Assembly (NCBI RefSeq): GCF_006345805.1
Contig: NC_043004.1
Span: 80,910,001 to 80,974,000, forward strand
Length of the DNA: 64,000 nucleotides
Source: Octopus sinensis
Taxonomy: Eukaryota
Direction: 5' to 3'
In this document: positions 1 through 12,626 of the stretch, one piece after another
How positions within the stretch are numbered: position 1 is the stretch's first letter
How the letters are laid out: every line of letters begins with the position of its first letter
Notes under the pieces: generated by a model
The model's database searches: none
Told to the model about the DNA's origin: nothing
Seen by the model: the letters and a program-made list of their open reading frames with translations, nothing else
Made by a program: the position numbers and the translations under genes

Positions 1-188
1 AAACAGGAAGAAAGAGTGAGAGAAAGGTGGAGCGAAAGAGTACAACAGGGGTCGCCACCACCCCCTGTCGGATCCACGTGGAGTTTTAGGTGTTTTCACT
101 CAATAAACATATACAACGCCCGGTCTGGGAATCGAAACCGCGATCCTCCGACCGCAAGACCGCTGCCCTAACCATTGGTCCATTGCGC
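1..188 (-). mobile_element. tRNA-derived SINE family C, 5' half (runs off the window edge)
   Basis: Reverse complement matches the head of the full copy at 29370-29752 (GCGCAATGG..CAGTGGTTAGGGCAGCG...GGTTTCGATTCCCAGACCGGGCG). Confidence 0.85.
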
Positions 189-207
189 TGCTGCTGCTGC
201 TGCTGGT

Positions 208-295
208 GTCACGGTTTAGCGCCAGGTCGGCTCTGATAGAGCAGAACTAATCCGATGATCAAAAGCATTCCAGCCATGATCATTCGGTCGTTTTT
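208..295 (-). mobile_element. Dispersed repeat fragment (family D, SINE-like 3' part)
   Basis: Reverse complement GATCATGGCTGGAATGCTTTTGATCAT...CCTGGCGCTAAAC; a related decayed piece lies at about 53670-53830. Confidence 0.5.
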
Positions 296-399
296 GTATA
301 TCAGTGACAGCTTCATCCAGCCTTTTCTTATATTTTTAACTTTTCAGAAAGTAACTTGTGGTTTTGAGGTAAACGTGTGTGCGTTTTTGCGTTTGTTTG

Positions 400-433
<34 letters not shown>

Positions 434-618
434 ATAAAAATATTTTCGTCAATTAAAAATTATCAATTATACAAATCTTTAATAAAAATGAAATTATAAT
501 TAATGATTCTTTAAGAAAATTTCTTAAATATTGTGACACAATCAAGGTTATATCGTGGCACTCCGTCAGTTACGACGACGAGGCTCCAGTTAATCTAATC
601 AACGGAACAACCTGCTCT

Positions 619-1008
619 CTTTTACTTGTTTCAGTCATTTCACTGCGGCCATGCTGGAGCACCGCCTTTAGTTGAGCAAATCGACTCCAGGACTTAATCT
701 TTGTAAGCTTAGTACTTATTCTATCGGTCATTTTTGTCGAACCGCTAATTTACGGGAACGTAAGCACACCAGCATCGGTTGTCAAGCGATGTTGGGGTGG
801 GGGGCAAATAGAGACACACATATATATACATATACATATATACGACGGGCTTCTTTCAGTTTCCGTCTACCAAATCTACTCACAAGGCTTTGGTCGGCCC
901 GAGGCTATAGTAGAAGACATTCGCTCAAGGTGCGACGCAGTGGCACTGAACCCAGAACCATGTGGTTGGGAAGCAAGTTTCTTACCACACAGCCATTCCT
1001 GCGCCTAT
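619..1008 (-). mobile_element. tRNA-derived SINE family A, full length, with internal microsatellite
   Basis: Reverse complement: head GGCGCAGGAATGGCTGTGTGGTAAG with A/B-box-like motifs, central GAGTAGATTTGGTAGACGGAAACTGAAAGAAGCCCGTCG, TA/TG tract, tail GGCGGTGCTCCAGCATGGCCGCAGTGAAATGACTGAAACAAG. Confidence 0.9.
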
Positions 1009-1271
1009 AACATTTTAATAACAAATCCTACCATTCCTATTGAGGAGGCCAAAAGTCATTAATGTGTTGAAGTATTGAATCAAAAGGATCGAACCCCTTT
1101 AATCCAATCTCTTGTCGTCACATAAACTCAATTTTTTAGTGGGGAGATAACCCAATTTTTTAATGGCAATTTTTTAAAGGGGTGCGATAACAAAAAATAC
1201 CGGTTTTTCTTTAGCTGTATGTATTGGTATGTATTGGAAGAACTAGTTAAGTTTCTTTCTCTAATATTTTA

Positions 1272-1785
1272 CAGAATTCAACTTAGACAAGTTAATGCAT
1301 AAGATCTGGTCATCAAATCTAAGTAGAGACTTCAAACTTGAAATCTTCAAAGCCACAGTCGAACCAATTCTATTATATGGCTCAGAAACCTGGACGCTAT
1401 CAAAGAAGCTTGAGAGGCGGTTGGATGGAACCTACACTCGCCTCCTTATGAGAGCTCAAAATCTCTCGTGGAAGCACCATCCAACTAAAATGCAAATATA
1501 TGGGAAACTACCACCTGTGTCATCTCTTGTGAAAGGTAGGAGAGTCCAGTTTGCTGGACATTGTTGCAGAGCTGAAAAAGAAGTAACTTCTACTCTTCTC
1601 CTCTGGAAGCCATCTACTCGCAATACCAGAGGGCGCACACTCTCCTACCCTGATGTAATCTCCAGGGATACAAGCATCCAGCAACAGGACCTCCGTAATG
1701 CCATGATGGACCGTGAAGTCTGGCGTAGCATGGTAAATTCCATTGTCTCGACCACGGTCGAACAATGATGATGATGATGATGTAA
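1272..1785 (+). mobile_element. RTE-clade LINE, 5'-truncated 3' end (post-RT C-terminal region)
   Basis: Open ORF 1295-1768 with KLEIFKATVEPILLYGSETWTL, LDGTYTRLL, RRVQFAGHC and AMMDREVWRSMV, followed directly by a (TGA)n tail. Confidence 0.9.
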
Positions 1786-2058
1786 TAAACAAAATAGGAG
1801 AGTCGTGACTATTGAAAAGGTTGAAAGACGCAACGAAAATTTTAGGAAAATTAAAAATAAGAAAATAGTGGAAATTCTACCGGTGAGTGTGTTAAATAAT
1901 AAGGCACAAAAAGAAAATGACTCTCCCCAGACATAACAGAACAAAATAGGAATTTTGAAAAAAGTTTCCATCAAACTGGTTTTTAAACATTGAATGACTA
2001 TGGGGGTTCAGTGGAATAAAATAGTAATCAAAGGGGTCCATAAATAAAAAAAATGATT

Positions 2059-2585
2059 GAGGCGCAGGAGTGGCTGTGTGGTAAGGAGCTTGCTTCCCAG
2101 CCACATGGTTCCGGGTTCAGTTCCACCGCGTGACACCTTGGGTAAGTGTCTTCTACTATAGCCTCGGGCCCTACCAAAGCCATGTGAGTGGATTTGGTAG
2201 ACGGTAACTGAAAGAAGCCCGTCGTATATATATATGTGTGTGTGTGCGTGTGTGTGTGTATGCGTGTGTGTGTGTGTGCGTGTGTGTGTGTGTGTGCGTG
2301 TGTGCGTGTGTGTGTGTGTGTGTGTGCGCGTGTGTGTGTATGCGTGTGTGTGTGTGCGTGTGTGTGTGTGTGTGCGTGTGTGTGTGCGTGTGTGTGTGTG
2401 TGTGTGTGTTTGTTCCCCCGCCATCGCTTAACAGGTGGTATTGGTGTGTTTTCGTCCCCGAAACGTAGTAGTTCGGCAAAAGAACCGATAGAATAAGTTC
2501 TAGGCTCGTTTTGTTCTTGACTAAAGGGTGATGTTCCAGCATGGCCGCGGTCAAATGACTGAAACAAGCAGAAGAAGAAAAGCGT
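2059..2585 (+). mobile_element. SINE family A, full length, with expanded internal (TG)n
   Basis: Head GGCGCAGGAGTGGCTGTGTGGTAAG, central domain, about 175-bp TG/CG tract, tail CCAGCATGGCCGCGGTCAAATGACTGAAACAAG. Confidence 0.9.
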
Positions 2586-2595
2586 AAAAGAAATA

Positions 2596-2780
2596 ACCCC
2601 CGAGGGGCTGCCCTTTGATTGCCCTTTGTGTTTACCAAGTGGTCCGTGGTGGTTGGCATCCTCCAGATGCTCTTTGTCTTTGTAGCCCGGACAGCTGTCG
2701 CTTGACCAATCAAGTTGTACATGAGGTGGGATAGGACGGGGGAGGGATTGCAAACTATGACCACTAAGGGGATCGGTCAC
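2596..2780 (-). mobile_element. Probable LINE 3'-end remnant
   Basis: Minus-strand peptide GQATAVRATKTKSIWRMPTTTDHLVN resembles the 'A.RA..DR..WR' C-terminus of RTE-type ORFs; GC-richer than the flanks. Confidence 0.35.
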
Positions 2781-2799
2781 ATTTTTTCCTTTTGTTCTT

Positions 2800-3038
2800 T
2801 TATTTGCTTTAGTCGTTTAGACTGCGGCCATGCTGGGGCACCACCTTGAAGAATTCTAATCGAATGAATTGATCTCAGTACTTAATGTTTTTTTTGTTAC
2901 ACACACACACGAATTTTATCAGTTTCTTTTACTGAACAGCTACGGGGGATGTAAACCCACCAACACCGGTTGCCAGTGGTCAGTGGTGGTAAGGAACAAA
3001 CCACATAAACATAGACGTACACACGCACACATACACAC

Positions 3039-3093
<55 letters not shown>

Positions 3094-3500
3094 TGACGGG
3101 CTTCTTTAAGTTTCCGTTTTCCAAATTTGGTAGACGGAAACTGAAAGAAGCCCGTTGTGTATATATATATATATATTATATATATATATAATATATATAT
3201 ATAATTAATAATGAAAGGTTACAAGGGTGGTACCAGCAATGCTAAAAATAATATTCTTACATATTTTTATGTGTGTGTGTGTGGCTGCGTGTGTTTGTCC
3301 CTATGTTTGTCCCCTATCACCACTTGAAAACCTGTGTTGGTGTGTTTACGTTCCCGTAAGCTAGCGGTTCGGCAAAAACGAGCGATAGAATAAGCACCAG
3401 GATTTTAAAAAGTTTTGAGGTTGATTCATTCGATTAGAATCCTTGAAGCCGGTGCCCCAGCATGGCCGCTATCTAATGACTAAAACAAATAAAAGAAAAA
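2800..3500. mobile_element. Two headless SINE-A copies in inverted (head-to-head) arrangement
   Basis: Minus copy 2800-3125 and plus copy 3126-3500 meet in the palindrome ACGGGCTTCTTTAAGTTTCCGT...ACGGAAACTGAAAGAAGCCCGT (3096-3155). Confidence 0.8.
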
Positions 3501-3669
3501 TTACAGAAGAATGGTAAAGGCGACAAAGGCCATAATTTATGTAAACATATTGAGAAAATGAGAAAAATTTGTTGTCTCAAATTTGGAGCAGTTTTAATAA
3601 ATTCAGATTCAATTTTGAAATGCTTTCGAAAGTTTGAAAATTTTGAAAGAATCTACATTGTTTTCCGTT

Positions 3670-4370
3670 GTTATTTTATTTGTCTTGTTTTGTCTATTCT
3701 CAGTCTTCATTGCCAGGGGCCGGTCACTATGGGTGCATGCACCGTCTCTCTCCGTCGCTTCGTGCCTCAGCTGTTCTTGTCCATTCTTTGATGTCATCCA
3801 GCCATTGTCTTTTCTCCATCTCTTTCTTCCTCGCTTCCCACTGGCTCTTCTCCCTTGGATGTGGATGTTGAGGTTCTGGTCCCTGGTTACATTCCCAAAA
3901 TACTGCAGCCTTCCATTTCTAACGGTTGCCAGAGATTCACTTTTTGTTCCCATTTCCTAAAATACTATCATTATTAGTTAGTCCGTCGTTGTCGACGATG
4001 ATCAAGGAGATCACATGGGAAGAGAAAGCGAAGCACTGTGGGTCCGGCTGCGGCCAATCAGTCCGGTGTGTGCTCGGAAGGCTCCGCCGCTGGTCAGACC
4101 CTGGCAAGGGAATGGGGTCTACTGGGACTGAAAATAAGGCATGAACGTAGTCCGCATTTTCTTTGTGTCCTTGCCATTCTGTTCTATTCGTAAGATGTGA
4201 CACCTCTGTTGGTGCAGTTTCGCCAGGCAGGGCCGGTCTTGTGCGGGGTTGATCTCAAATCTATTCAGAGAGGCTTTGATTGTTGTCCTTGAAGCGCTTT
4301 TGCTGTCCATTTTGCATACGAACTCGTTTGTTCAATGGACAGTCCAGCTGATCCTCAGTACCTTCTCTTG
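3670..4370 (-). mobile_element. RTE LINE 3' fragment interrupted by a second RTE-type LINE 3' end (about 3965-4306)
   Basis: Outer element: VLRISWTVH*TNEFV ... EMGTKSESLATVRNGRLQYFGNVTR. Inner element: GQQKRFKD/TIKASLNRFEINP, Zn-finger-like AFRAHTGLIGRSRTH, and tail ATCATCGTCGACAACGACGGAC. Confidence 0.8.
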
Positions 4371-4804
4371 ATTTAAGCTAAAAGCATCATAATTTAAAAT
4401 TATTGTATATTTTAACATACAAACGAATTCCTGGAGGTCTTTTATGGCTGTATTAATTATTCCTAGTTCAAAGACAAAATTAGCAATAAATTTTAGATTT
4501 TCAAAGTTATTTCAGATTTTAAAATAAAAAAACAAACCAACACACTTTTTTTTCCTACATATTTTATTTTATTTTATTATTATTCCTATTTTATCTTAGG
4601 CTATTTTCCGATTATAATCGTTCACCATATTGAGATATGGTGAATTAAATTTTATTTTATTATTATTTTTTTTCTTTATATTTCCGAAAATGAGGAATAA
4701 TGTGTTTTCGGTATCCACATATAAAAGCCAAAGTTATTTGAAATTATCGCAATAACGTTCGTTTTCTTTTTGCTTTTTTTTAAAATTTATCTGTTATCTT
4801 TTTT

Positions 4805-4985
4805 TTTCATATTTCAGGCATTAGACTATGGCCATGCTGGGGCAACGCCTTGAAGAGTTTCAGTCGAAGGAATTGACCCCAGTACTTTTCTTTTGTTTTT
4901 GAAGCCTAGCATTTATTCTATTGGCCCCATTTCGCAGAACCGCTAAGTTACTGGGACACAAACACACCAACACACACACACGCAT
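4805..4985 (-). mobile_element. SINE family A, 3' half
   Basis: TATGGCCATGCTGGGGCAACGCC...GAACCGCTAAGTTACTGGGACACAAACACACC matches the family tail. Confidence 0.8.
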
Positions 4986-4988
4986 ATA

Positions 4989-6329
<1,341 letters not shown>

Positions 6330-6440
6330 ATGTATGTATATGTATACATTATATATAAAAAATACAAAGGTGGGACAAGAACGCAAAACATCCAGAGAGT
6401 TAGGTGATACAAAAAAGGGTCAACAAAACATCAAGACAGA

Positions 6441-6469
<29 letters not shown>

Positions 6470-6474
<5 letters not shown>

Positions 6475-6630
6475 CGGGCTTCTTTCAGTTTCTGTCTACC
6501 AAATCCACTCAGAAATCTTTGGTTAACCGAAGGCTATAGAAGAAGACACTTGATCAAGGTTCTACGTTGTGGGACTGAACCCAAAACCACGCAGTTTGAA
6601 AGCAATCTTCTTTAATATAGCCTGCGCCCA
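6470..6630 (-). mobile_element. SINE family A, 5' half
   Basis: ACGACGGGCTTCTTTCAGTTTCTGTCTACCAAATCCACTC...GCCTGCGCCC. Confidence 0.8.
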
Positions 6631-7225
6631 TATTATAAGAAATCACGAAGCTGCACTCATTTTCGTATATTCTTTTGAGTCTTTGAAATTACTTTTATAA
6701 AAGGTTTTACTGCTGTTGCTACTGCTGCTACTACTACTATATCTACCACAACCACCACCACCGCCACCGACGCCACCTCCCACCACCACCACTACCTCCT
6801 CCCCAAAAGCTGCTTCTGCAATCACAGAATTTTAAAATCTAATTTAAGAATTACATTGAAAATTAAAATCTCAGTCAAATATATTTTTAGCAGAAGGAGC
6901 GGAACAAACGATGAAACCTGTGGCATTAACGAGATGTAACCATGAAGCGGTTGATCACTTTTTATTTTCTAACGTATTTTCAAATGAAGCAATCATTGGT
7001 GGTTCAGGGGAGTGTATGTGCAACTCGGACGGAGGAAATATTTGCAAGGTGTTATGTGATGAAAGCAATGGTTTAGAAATTTCGCATACGTCTCTCTCTC
7101 CCTCTCTCTCTCTTTCTTTGGCATGGTCCCTTGGACAAGTGTCTCCTACTATAGCCCTAAGCTAACCACAAAAGCCTTGTTATTGGATTTCATAAATGAA
7201 AACTGAAAATGGCCCGTCGTATATA

Positions 7226-7259
<34 letters not shown>

Positions 7260-7296
7260 TAAATAATATGTGTGTGTGTGTGTATATATATATGTA

Positions 7297-7333
<37 letters not shown>

Positions 7334-7584
7334 TTATATACACACACACACATATATATATAATATATATATCATTTATATATATATATCTAATACAATA
7401 AATGCGAAAACTAGTTTCAACCCCCCTCTCTCACTATTCATTGGCACTCCTATTATTGCTCATGTTGGGGTGAGAGTAACAGCAGGCGTAGAAACGGCAA
7501 GGGTGGTAGCGAAGACAGACAGACAGACAAAGAAATAAAGTTAAGGAGCCAAAAGAAATGCTTTTTGTTCGACGCACTAACTAT

Positions 7585-8330
7585 TCTGCCCTCTAGTTAC
7601 CTTCCATTTGTGTATAATAATGGTTTTAAGTTTGGGCAGAAGATCAGAAATTTCGAAGAAAGAGAGGTAAGTCGATTACATCGACCCCGAAAGGATGAAT
7701 GGCAAAGACGACGTCGGCGGAATTTGAACTCAGAGTGAACGAACTACCGCTAAGCATTTTGCCCGGCGTTCTAACGATTCAGGCATCTCGAATTATCTTT
7801 ATAATAATTCTTTCTATCATAGGCACAAGGCCTGAAATTTGGGGCAGGGGGATAGTCGATTACATCGACCCCAGTACTCAACGGATACTTAATTTATCGA
7901 CCCCGAAAGGATGAAAGGCAAAATCGACCACCGTGGAATTTGAACTCAGAACGTAGCGGCAGACGAAACACCGCTGAGCATTTCGCCCGGCGTGCTAATA
8001 ATTCTGCCATCTCTCCACCTTGATTTATTTTTATAATAATAACAACAATAAGTTGTTTTTTTTTTTAATTTTGGCTCAAAGCCAACAACTTTTAAGAAAG
8101 GGGAAGTCTATACATCAATTCTGTTTTAGGCACAAGGCCCAAAATTTTGGGGGAGGAGGCCAGTCGATTAGATGGACCCCAATATGCAACTGGTATTTAA
8201 TTTATCAACCCCGAAAGAATGAAAGTCAAAGTCGACCTCGGTGGAATTTGAACTCAGAACGTAAGGACGGATGAAATGCCGCCAAGCGTTTCTCCGGTCG
8301 AACAAACGATTCTACCAGCTCGCCGCCTTC
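7585..8330 (-). mobile_element. Cluster of three tRNA-derived SINE family B copies
   Basis: Repeated ATCGACCCCGAAAGGATGAAAGGCAAAGTCGACCTCGGCGGAATTTGAACTCAGAACGTA...GCCAGCTCGCCGCC, with variants, at about 7680, 7900 and 8210. Confidence 0.9.
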
Positions 8331-9018
8331 CCTTTTGTTTATAATGATACAATATAATCGTATTTTCTGTAATTTTTTTTCATCGATTTTTTTTTATATC
8401 TATTTGGTTTCTCGGGATCTTATTTGTAATTATCTGAAAATAGTGACCAAAATTATCGATCAAGTCCTTAACTGTTAGTGGTTTCTCATTACTTCCTTTG
8501 TAAACTTATTTACTTTCGCTATCACATATATTCTTGTATTGAAGACAATAAAACAAGATGGCTCTCAGTATTTATTTGTTATAATGTATTGTATTATTTT
8601 GTATTGTAGTGAACTGAAGACTCGACGTATCGATTCTTATTGTACTCTCTTGTATTTTATGGCTTTATATAGTGTTCTGTTGTACTTTATTGTGTTAGTT
8701 TATATAGAGTAGCGTTCGAGTTTATTGTTAATAAAGGACAAAATATGGCTACTACGACAACACTACTAAACAGCAACAATTACAACAAAGAAAGACTTTA
8801 CAGATTCCCGTTATCTAAACATAGTTGTCAAATCTTTCTTCAAATTTAGAAAACTTGCCGAAAAGAAATTTAATCTGCTTTCGAAACATTGTATCCTTGA
8901 CAAAGGATAAAAAAGAAGAAAAAAAAGACGGTGGGTTCGTCTTTTGAGCAAATGTCCATTTGAGAAAGAAAAGATCTTGAGCTTATTCTTGGTTTGTGAT
9001 AGCTGTCGTTGTCAAATA

Positions 9019-9050
<32 letters not shown>

Positions 9051-9407
9051 GGTGAGAGAGAGAGAGAGAGAGAGGAAAAGAAAAAAGAGAAAGTAGATTT
9101 ATAACAGGACAAGAAATCTTTGGACTTCATCTCAGTTTAGAATTCAGAAGACTCAGAGATAAAAAGAATAGAATGAATAGGATATGTATTTATATGGAAA
9201 CCGCATTACACACACACACACTCACACATAGTCACCACACACACACACACACTCACACACACACACACACACACACACCACACACACACACACACACACA
9301 ACACACGTTATGCTACTGTGTGTCGCAAGGAATATTGTAGACATGGTGGATAGTACATCGTTGCAGTTATATGACTGGCAGCAAATTATTATACGGTAAA
9401 AGACGAA

Positions 9408-9820
9408 GTGGGTGAGCTGGCAGAAACGCCTGGCGAAATGCTTAGCGGTATTTCGTCTGTCTACGTTCTGAGTTCGAATTCCGCCGAGATCGACTTTGCC
9501 ATTCATCCTTTCGGGGTCGATAAATTAAGTACCAGTCACACACTGAGGTCGATGTAATCGACTTAATCCCTTTGTCTGTCCTTGTTTGTCCCCTCTGTGT
9601 GTAGCCCCTTGTGGGCAATAAAGAAATAAGAATCGTTAGCATGCCGGGCGAAATGCTTGGCGGCATTTCGTCTGTCTTTACGTTCTGAGTTCAAATTCCG
9701 CCGAGGTCGACTTTTCCTTTCATCCTTTCGAGGTCGATAAATTAAGTACCAGTTGAGGTCGATCTAATAGACTGGCCCTCCCCCAAAATTCCGGGCCTTG
9801 TGCCTAGAGTAGAAAATATT
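9408..9820 (+). mobile_element. SINE family B head-to-tail dimer
   Basis: GGTGAGCTGGCAGAAACG...GAGTTCGAATTCCGCCGAG...CTTTCGGGGTCGATAAATTAAGTACCAG; the second unit starts at 9631 after AAAGAAATAAG. Confidence 0.9.
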
Positions 9821-10211
9821 ATACGGCAAAAAAAAAACGTGCAGAAAGCTTAACATTAGAAATAAATATTAACTTGGAAGCTGGTTCCTTGTTTAAAATG
9901 TATTGCTTAACCCTTTAACTGCGAAAATAAATTTCATGATTATTCCAGTAATGAAATCAAATATTTACCAAGAAAAATAATAAAAAAATAAGAAAAGAAT
10001 AGAATTGGTGTTTTCTGCAATTCACGTTCTCCAATAAACTTGACATATCTTAACCAAAAATAGTTTGAATGAAACATGACATTCCTCAACAAAAGACTGT
10101 TTGGTATATAACACTGCTTTACCGTTGTTAAGTTAATGTAATATTGAGCGAATATATCTGATTTCCGCATTAAAGTTTAACCTTTACGATTAAAGGATTA
10201 ACAATTAGACG

Positions 10212-10247
10212 TAAATACTTTCGGGTTGATAACTCTTCATCAGATGG
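10212..10247 (-). ncRNA. Decayed minimal hammerhead-like motif
   Basis: Reverse complement CCAT-CTGATGA-A-GAGTT-ATC-AACCC-GAAA-GTA: core and stem II are present (one mismatch), but stems I and III are not intact. Confidence 0.35.
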
Positions 10248-10300
10248 GTTTCATTTTTGTTTTCAATTACTAAATTGTCTTTCATGTAAGTGGGATGTAT

Positions 10301-10462
10301 CCAATTCTGCTTTGCCGTTCACAACTAAATATATACGTCCATGTGTTCAATTCTGCTTTGCTGTTCACGACTAAATATATACGTCCATGTGTTCAGATCT
10401 GCTTTGCCGTTCACAACTAAATATATACGTCCACGTGTCCAATTCTGCTTTGCCGTTCACAG
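10301..10462 (+). repeat. Minisatellite, 46-bp unit x about 3.5
   Basis: CCAATTCTGCTTTGCCGTTCACAACTAAATATATACGTCCATGTGT starting at 10301, 10347, 10393 and 10439. Confidence 0.95.
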
Positions 10463-10897
10463 TTTTTTTTTTAAATTTAATTCTGCAGACCACCACCACC
10501 AACAGACGATTATTATGAAAGTAAGATCAGAAAACTGTACAAGGGCAGTTTGAAAAACCAGGCAGTTGATGTATAGGTTCTCTATCTTCCCTACCAGCAA
10601 CCTTCAGCCAAGAACTCTGCTGCTAATTTTATCGACCCCAGAAGAATTAAAAGCAAGCTGGCAAAACAGGATTAGAACTCATAACGTAGAGGAAAGTAAT
10701 TAAATATTTTGAGGTATTTAGTTCGTTAGTCTGTTGATTCCTTCTGCCAACCTACCACTTATTACTTGGAATTAATTCCTGAGCCTGCTAATAAAAGACA
10801 ATAAAGATGCCAGGTTAAAACGATCTCAAATTTCTTGTAAACGATCTTCTACACTGCATAGATGGAATCTAGGACTACACCAAAATCAATAACAATT

Positions 10898-11013
<116 letters not shown>

Positions 11014-11357
11014 GTTCAGTGTCGTTTTTCGTTAAAGTGTTCCACATATTTTAGCTCGACAGCATTCCTCAATTTTTTTTGTGCTTTTCATATCTTTACC
11101 TGCGGCGGAAATGCAAAAATGTGTGTTCTCAAATGTCCAAGAAGTTACTTTTCTTCGGGTTGTTGTCGTTGTTGTTGTAACTACTGACGCTGACGATAAT
11201 ATTGTCAATTTTTCTTCTTCGGTTTTACCTTTTCCTTTCTTGCTTTTTTTATTTTATTAATATCTTGATAATTATTATTTTATTTAAATATGTCCCATTT
11301 AAATACCCCAAGCATTACATTAGAAGACAAAAAGTAAAAGAAAAGGAAGCATGAATG

Positions 11358-11465
11358 CAATAATAATAATAATAATAATAATAATATAATAATAATAATA
11401 ATAATAAAAATAATAATAATAATAAAATATAATAATAATAATAATAATAATCAGATAATATAATA

Positions 11466-11504
<39 letters not shown>

Positions 11505-11530
11505 CAGAATAATCAGAAGAAGAAGAAGAA
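11358..11530. repeat. (AAT)n/(AAG)n microsatellite
   Basis: Direct reading. Confidence 0.95.
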
Positions 11531-12492
11531 GATATAAATTTCGGATCAACGGATACGGTGAATGTTAAAAATGAGAAATAAAACCAGATGAAATGTAATA
11601 AAATATTTACATAGAGCAATGAAGATATTAAACAGAAAAATTAGATCAATTTAAGCAACGTTGCAGAACAAAAATTAAAGATTTTCTTCTGTCATATTTG
11701 ACTCCTTTTATTTGGCTGATTCCATGGGATGGAGTGAAGGTGGAATGTAGGTGCTACTGAATAAAGATGAAATTAGGTCTTGCAACACTTCTTCCATTGT
11801 TACCAACCATTATTATAGTTAGTAGAATGTTTTATAGACTACATTGTCACATTGCATTTTTACATAGCAACGATATATAGCACCATAACAGCTAAAAGGT
11901 TGTTTCTGCTCTATATTTATTAGCGTTAGTGAGACACCGAGACAACATCTCTGTTTTTGCTTTATGCTTATTATTACCAGTGAGACGGAAACAAGATATT
12001 TGGAATTTTTTTATGTTTATTATCGTCTGCTAGAGATGAAGAGTGGAAAAGTTTCACGGTAATACGATTCTGTGAACAGATTTCGATACCAACATAAAGT
12101 CACTGCCTTACTCTTCAGATGCCTCAAGAAGAACCAAACTTGAATGTTACACAAACACTTTTCTCCCTCTATTAAAAAAGAGCATGTGTATCGTAGGTGC
12201 AGGAATGGCAATGTGATTAAGAAACTCGCTTTGCAATCACACGTCTCGAGTTCAGCCAGAATGCGCGGCACATTGGGCAAGTGTCGTCTACTAAAGTCCG
12301 TGATTAGTCAATATGGTTGACCGATACTGTGTGGAATTCCGTCGTTTGTATGTATATATATATATATATATATATTATTATATATATATATAGATAAAGG
12401 GAAGCTTTATGAAAATAGACAAAAGACGAAGGCAGGTGGAAAACAAACAAACAATTGTATTAGTATGGCGCTCATGAATATAAATAAACAAG

Positions 12493-12530
12493 TCTTTAAC
12501 GTTTCGAGCCTACGCTCTTCAACAGAAAGA
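12493..12530 (-). ncRNA. Minimal type I hammerhead motif with variant core CUGUUGA, in a short dispersed element (about 12395-12590)
   Basis: Reverse complement TCTTT-CTGTTGA-A-GAGC-GTAG-GCTC-GAAAC-GTT-AAAGA: 5-bp stem I, 4-bp stem II, palindromic ACGT stem III. Confidence 0.65.
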
Positions 12531-12626
12531 TACAGAGAGAAAAAAAACACAGAAAGAAGGAGAGGAAAAAAAATGCGTGCAGTATTAACGAACCAACATA
12601 ATATGGGACAATTATTCGGTACCCAT

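Noticed and set aside
12062-12124. Minus-strand CTGAAGA...GAAA-TCTG-TTCA-CAGA-ATC hammerhead-like match
   Set aside because: Stem II has only one good pair and stem I is mostly wobble or mismatch; compatible with chance.
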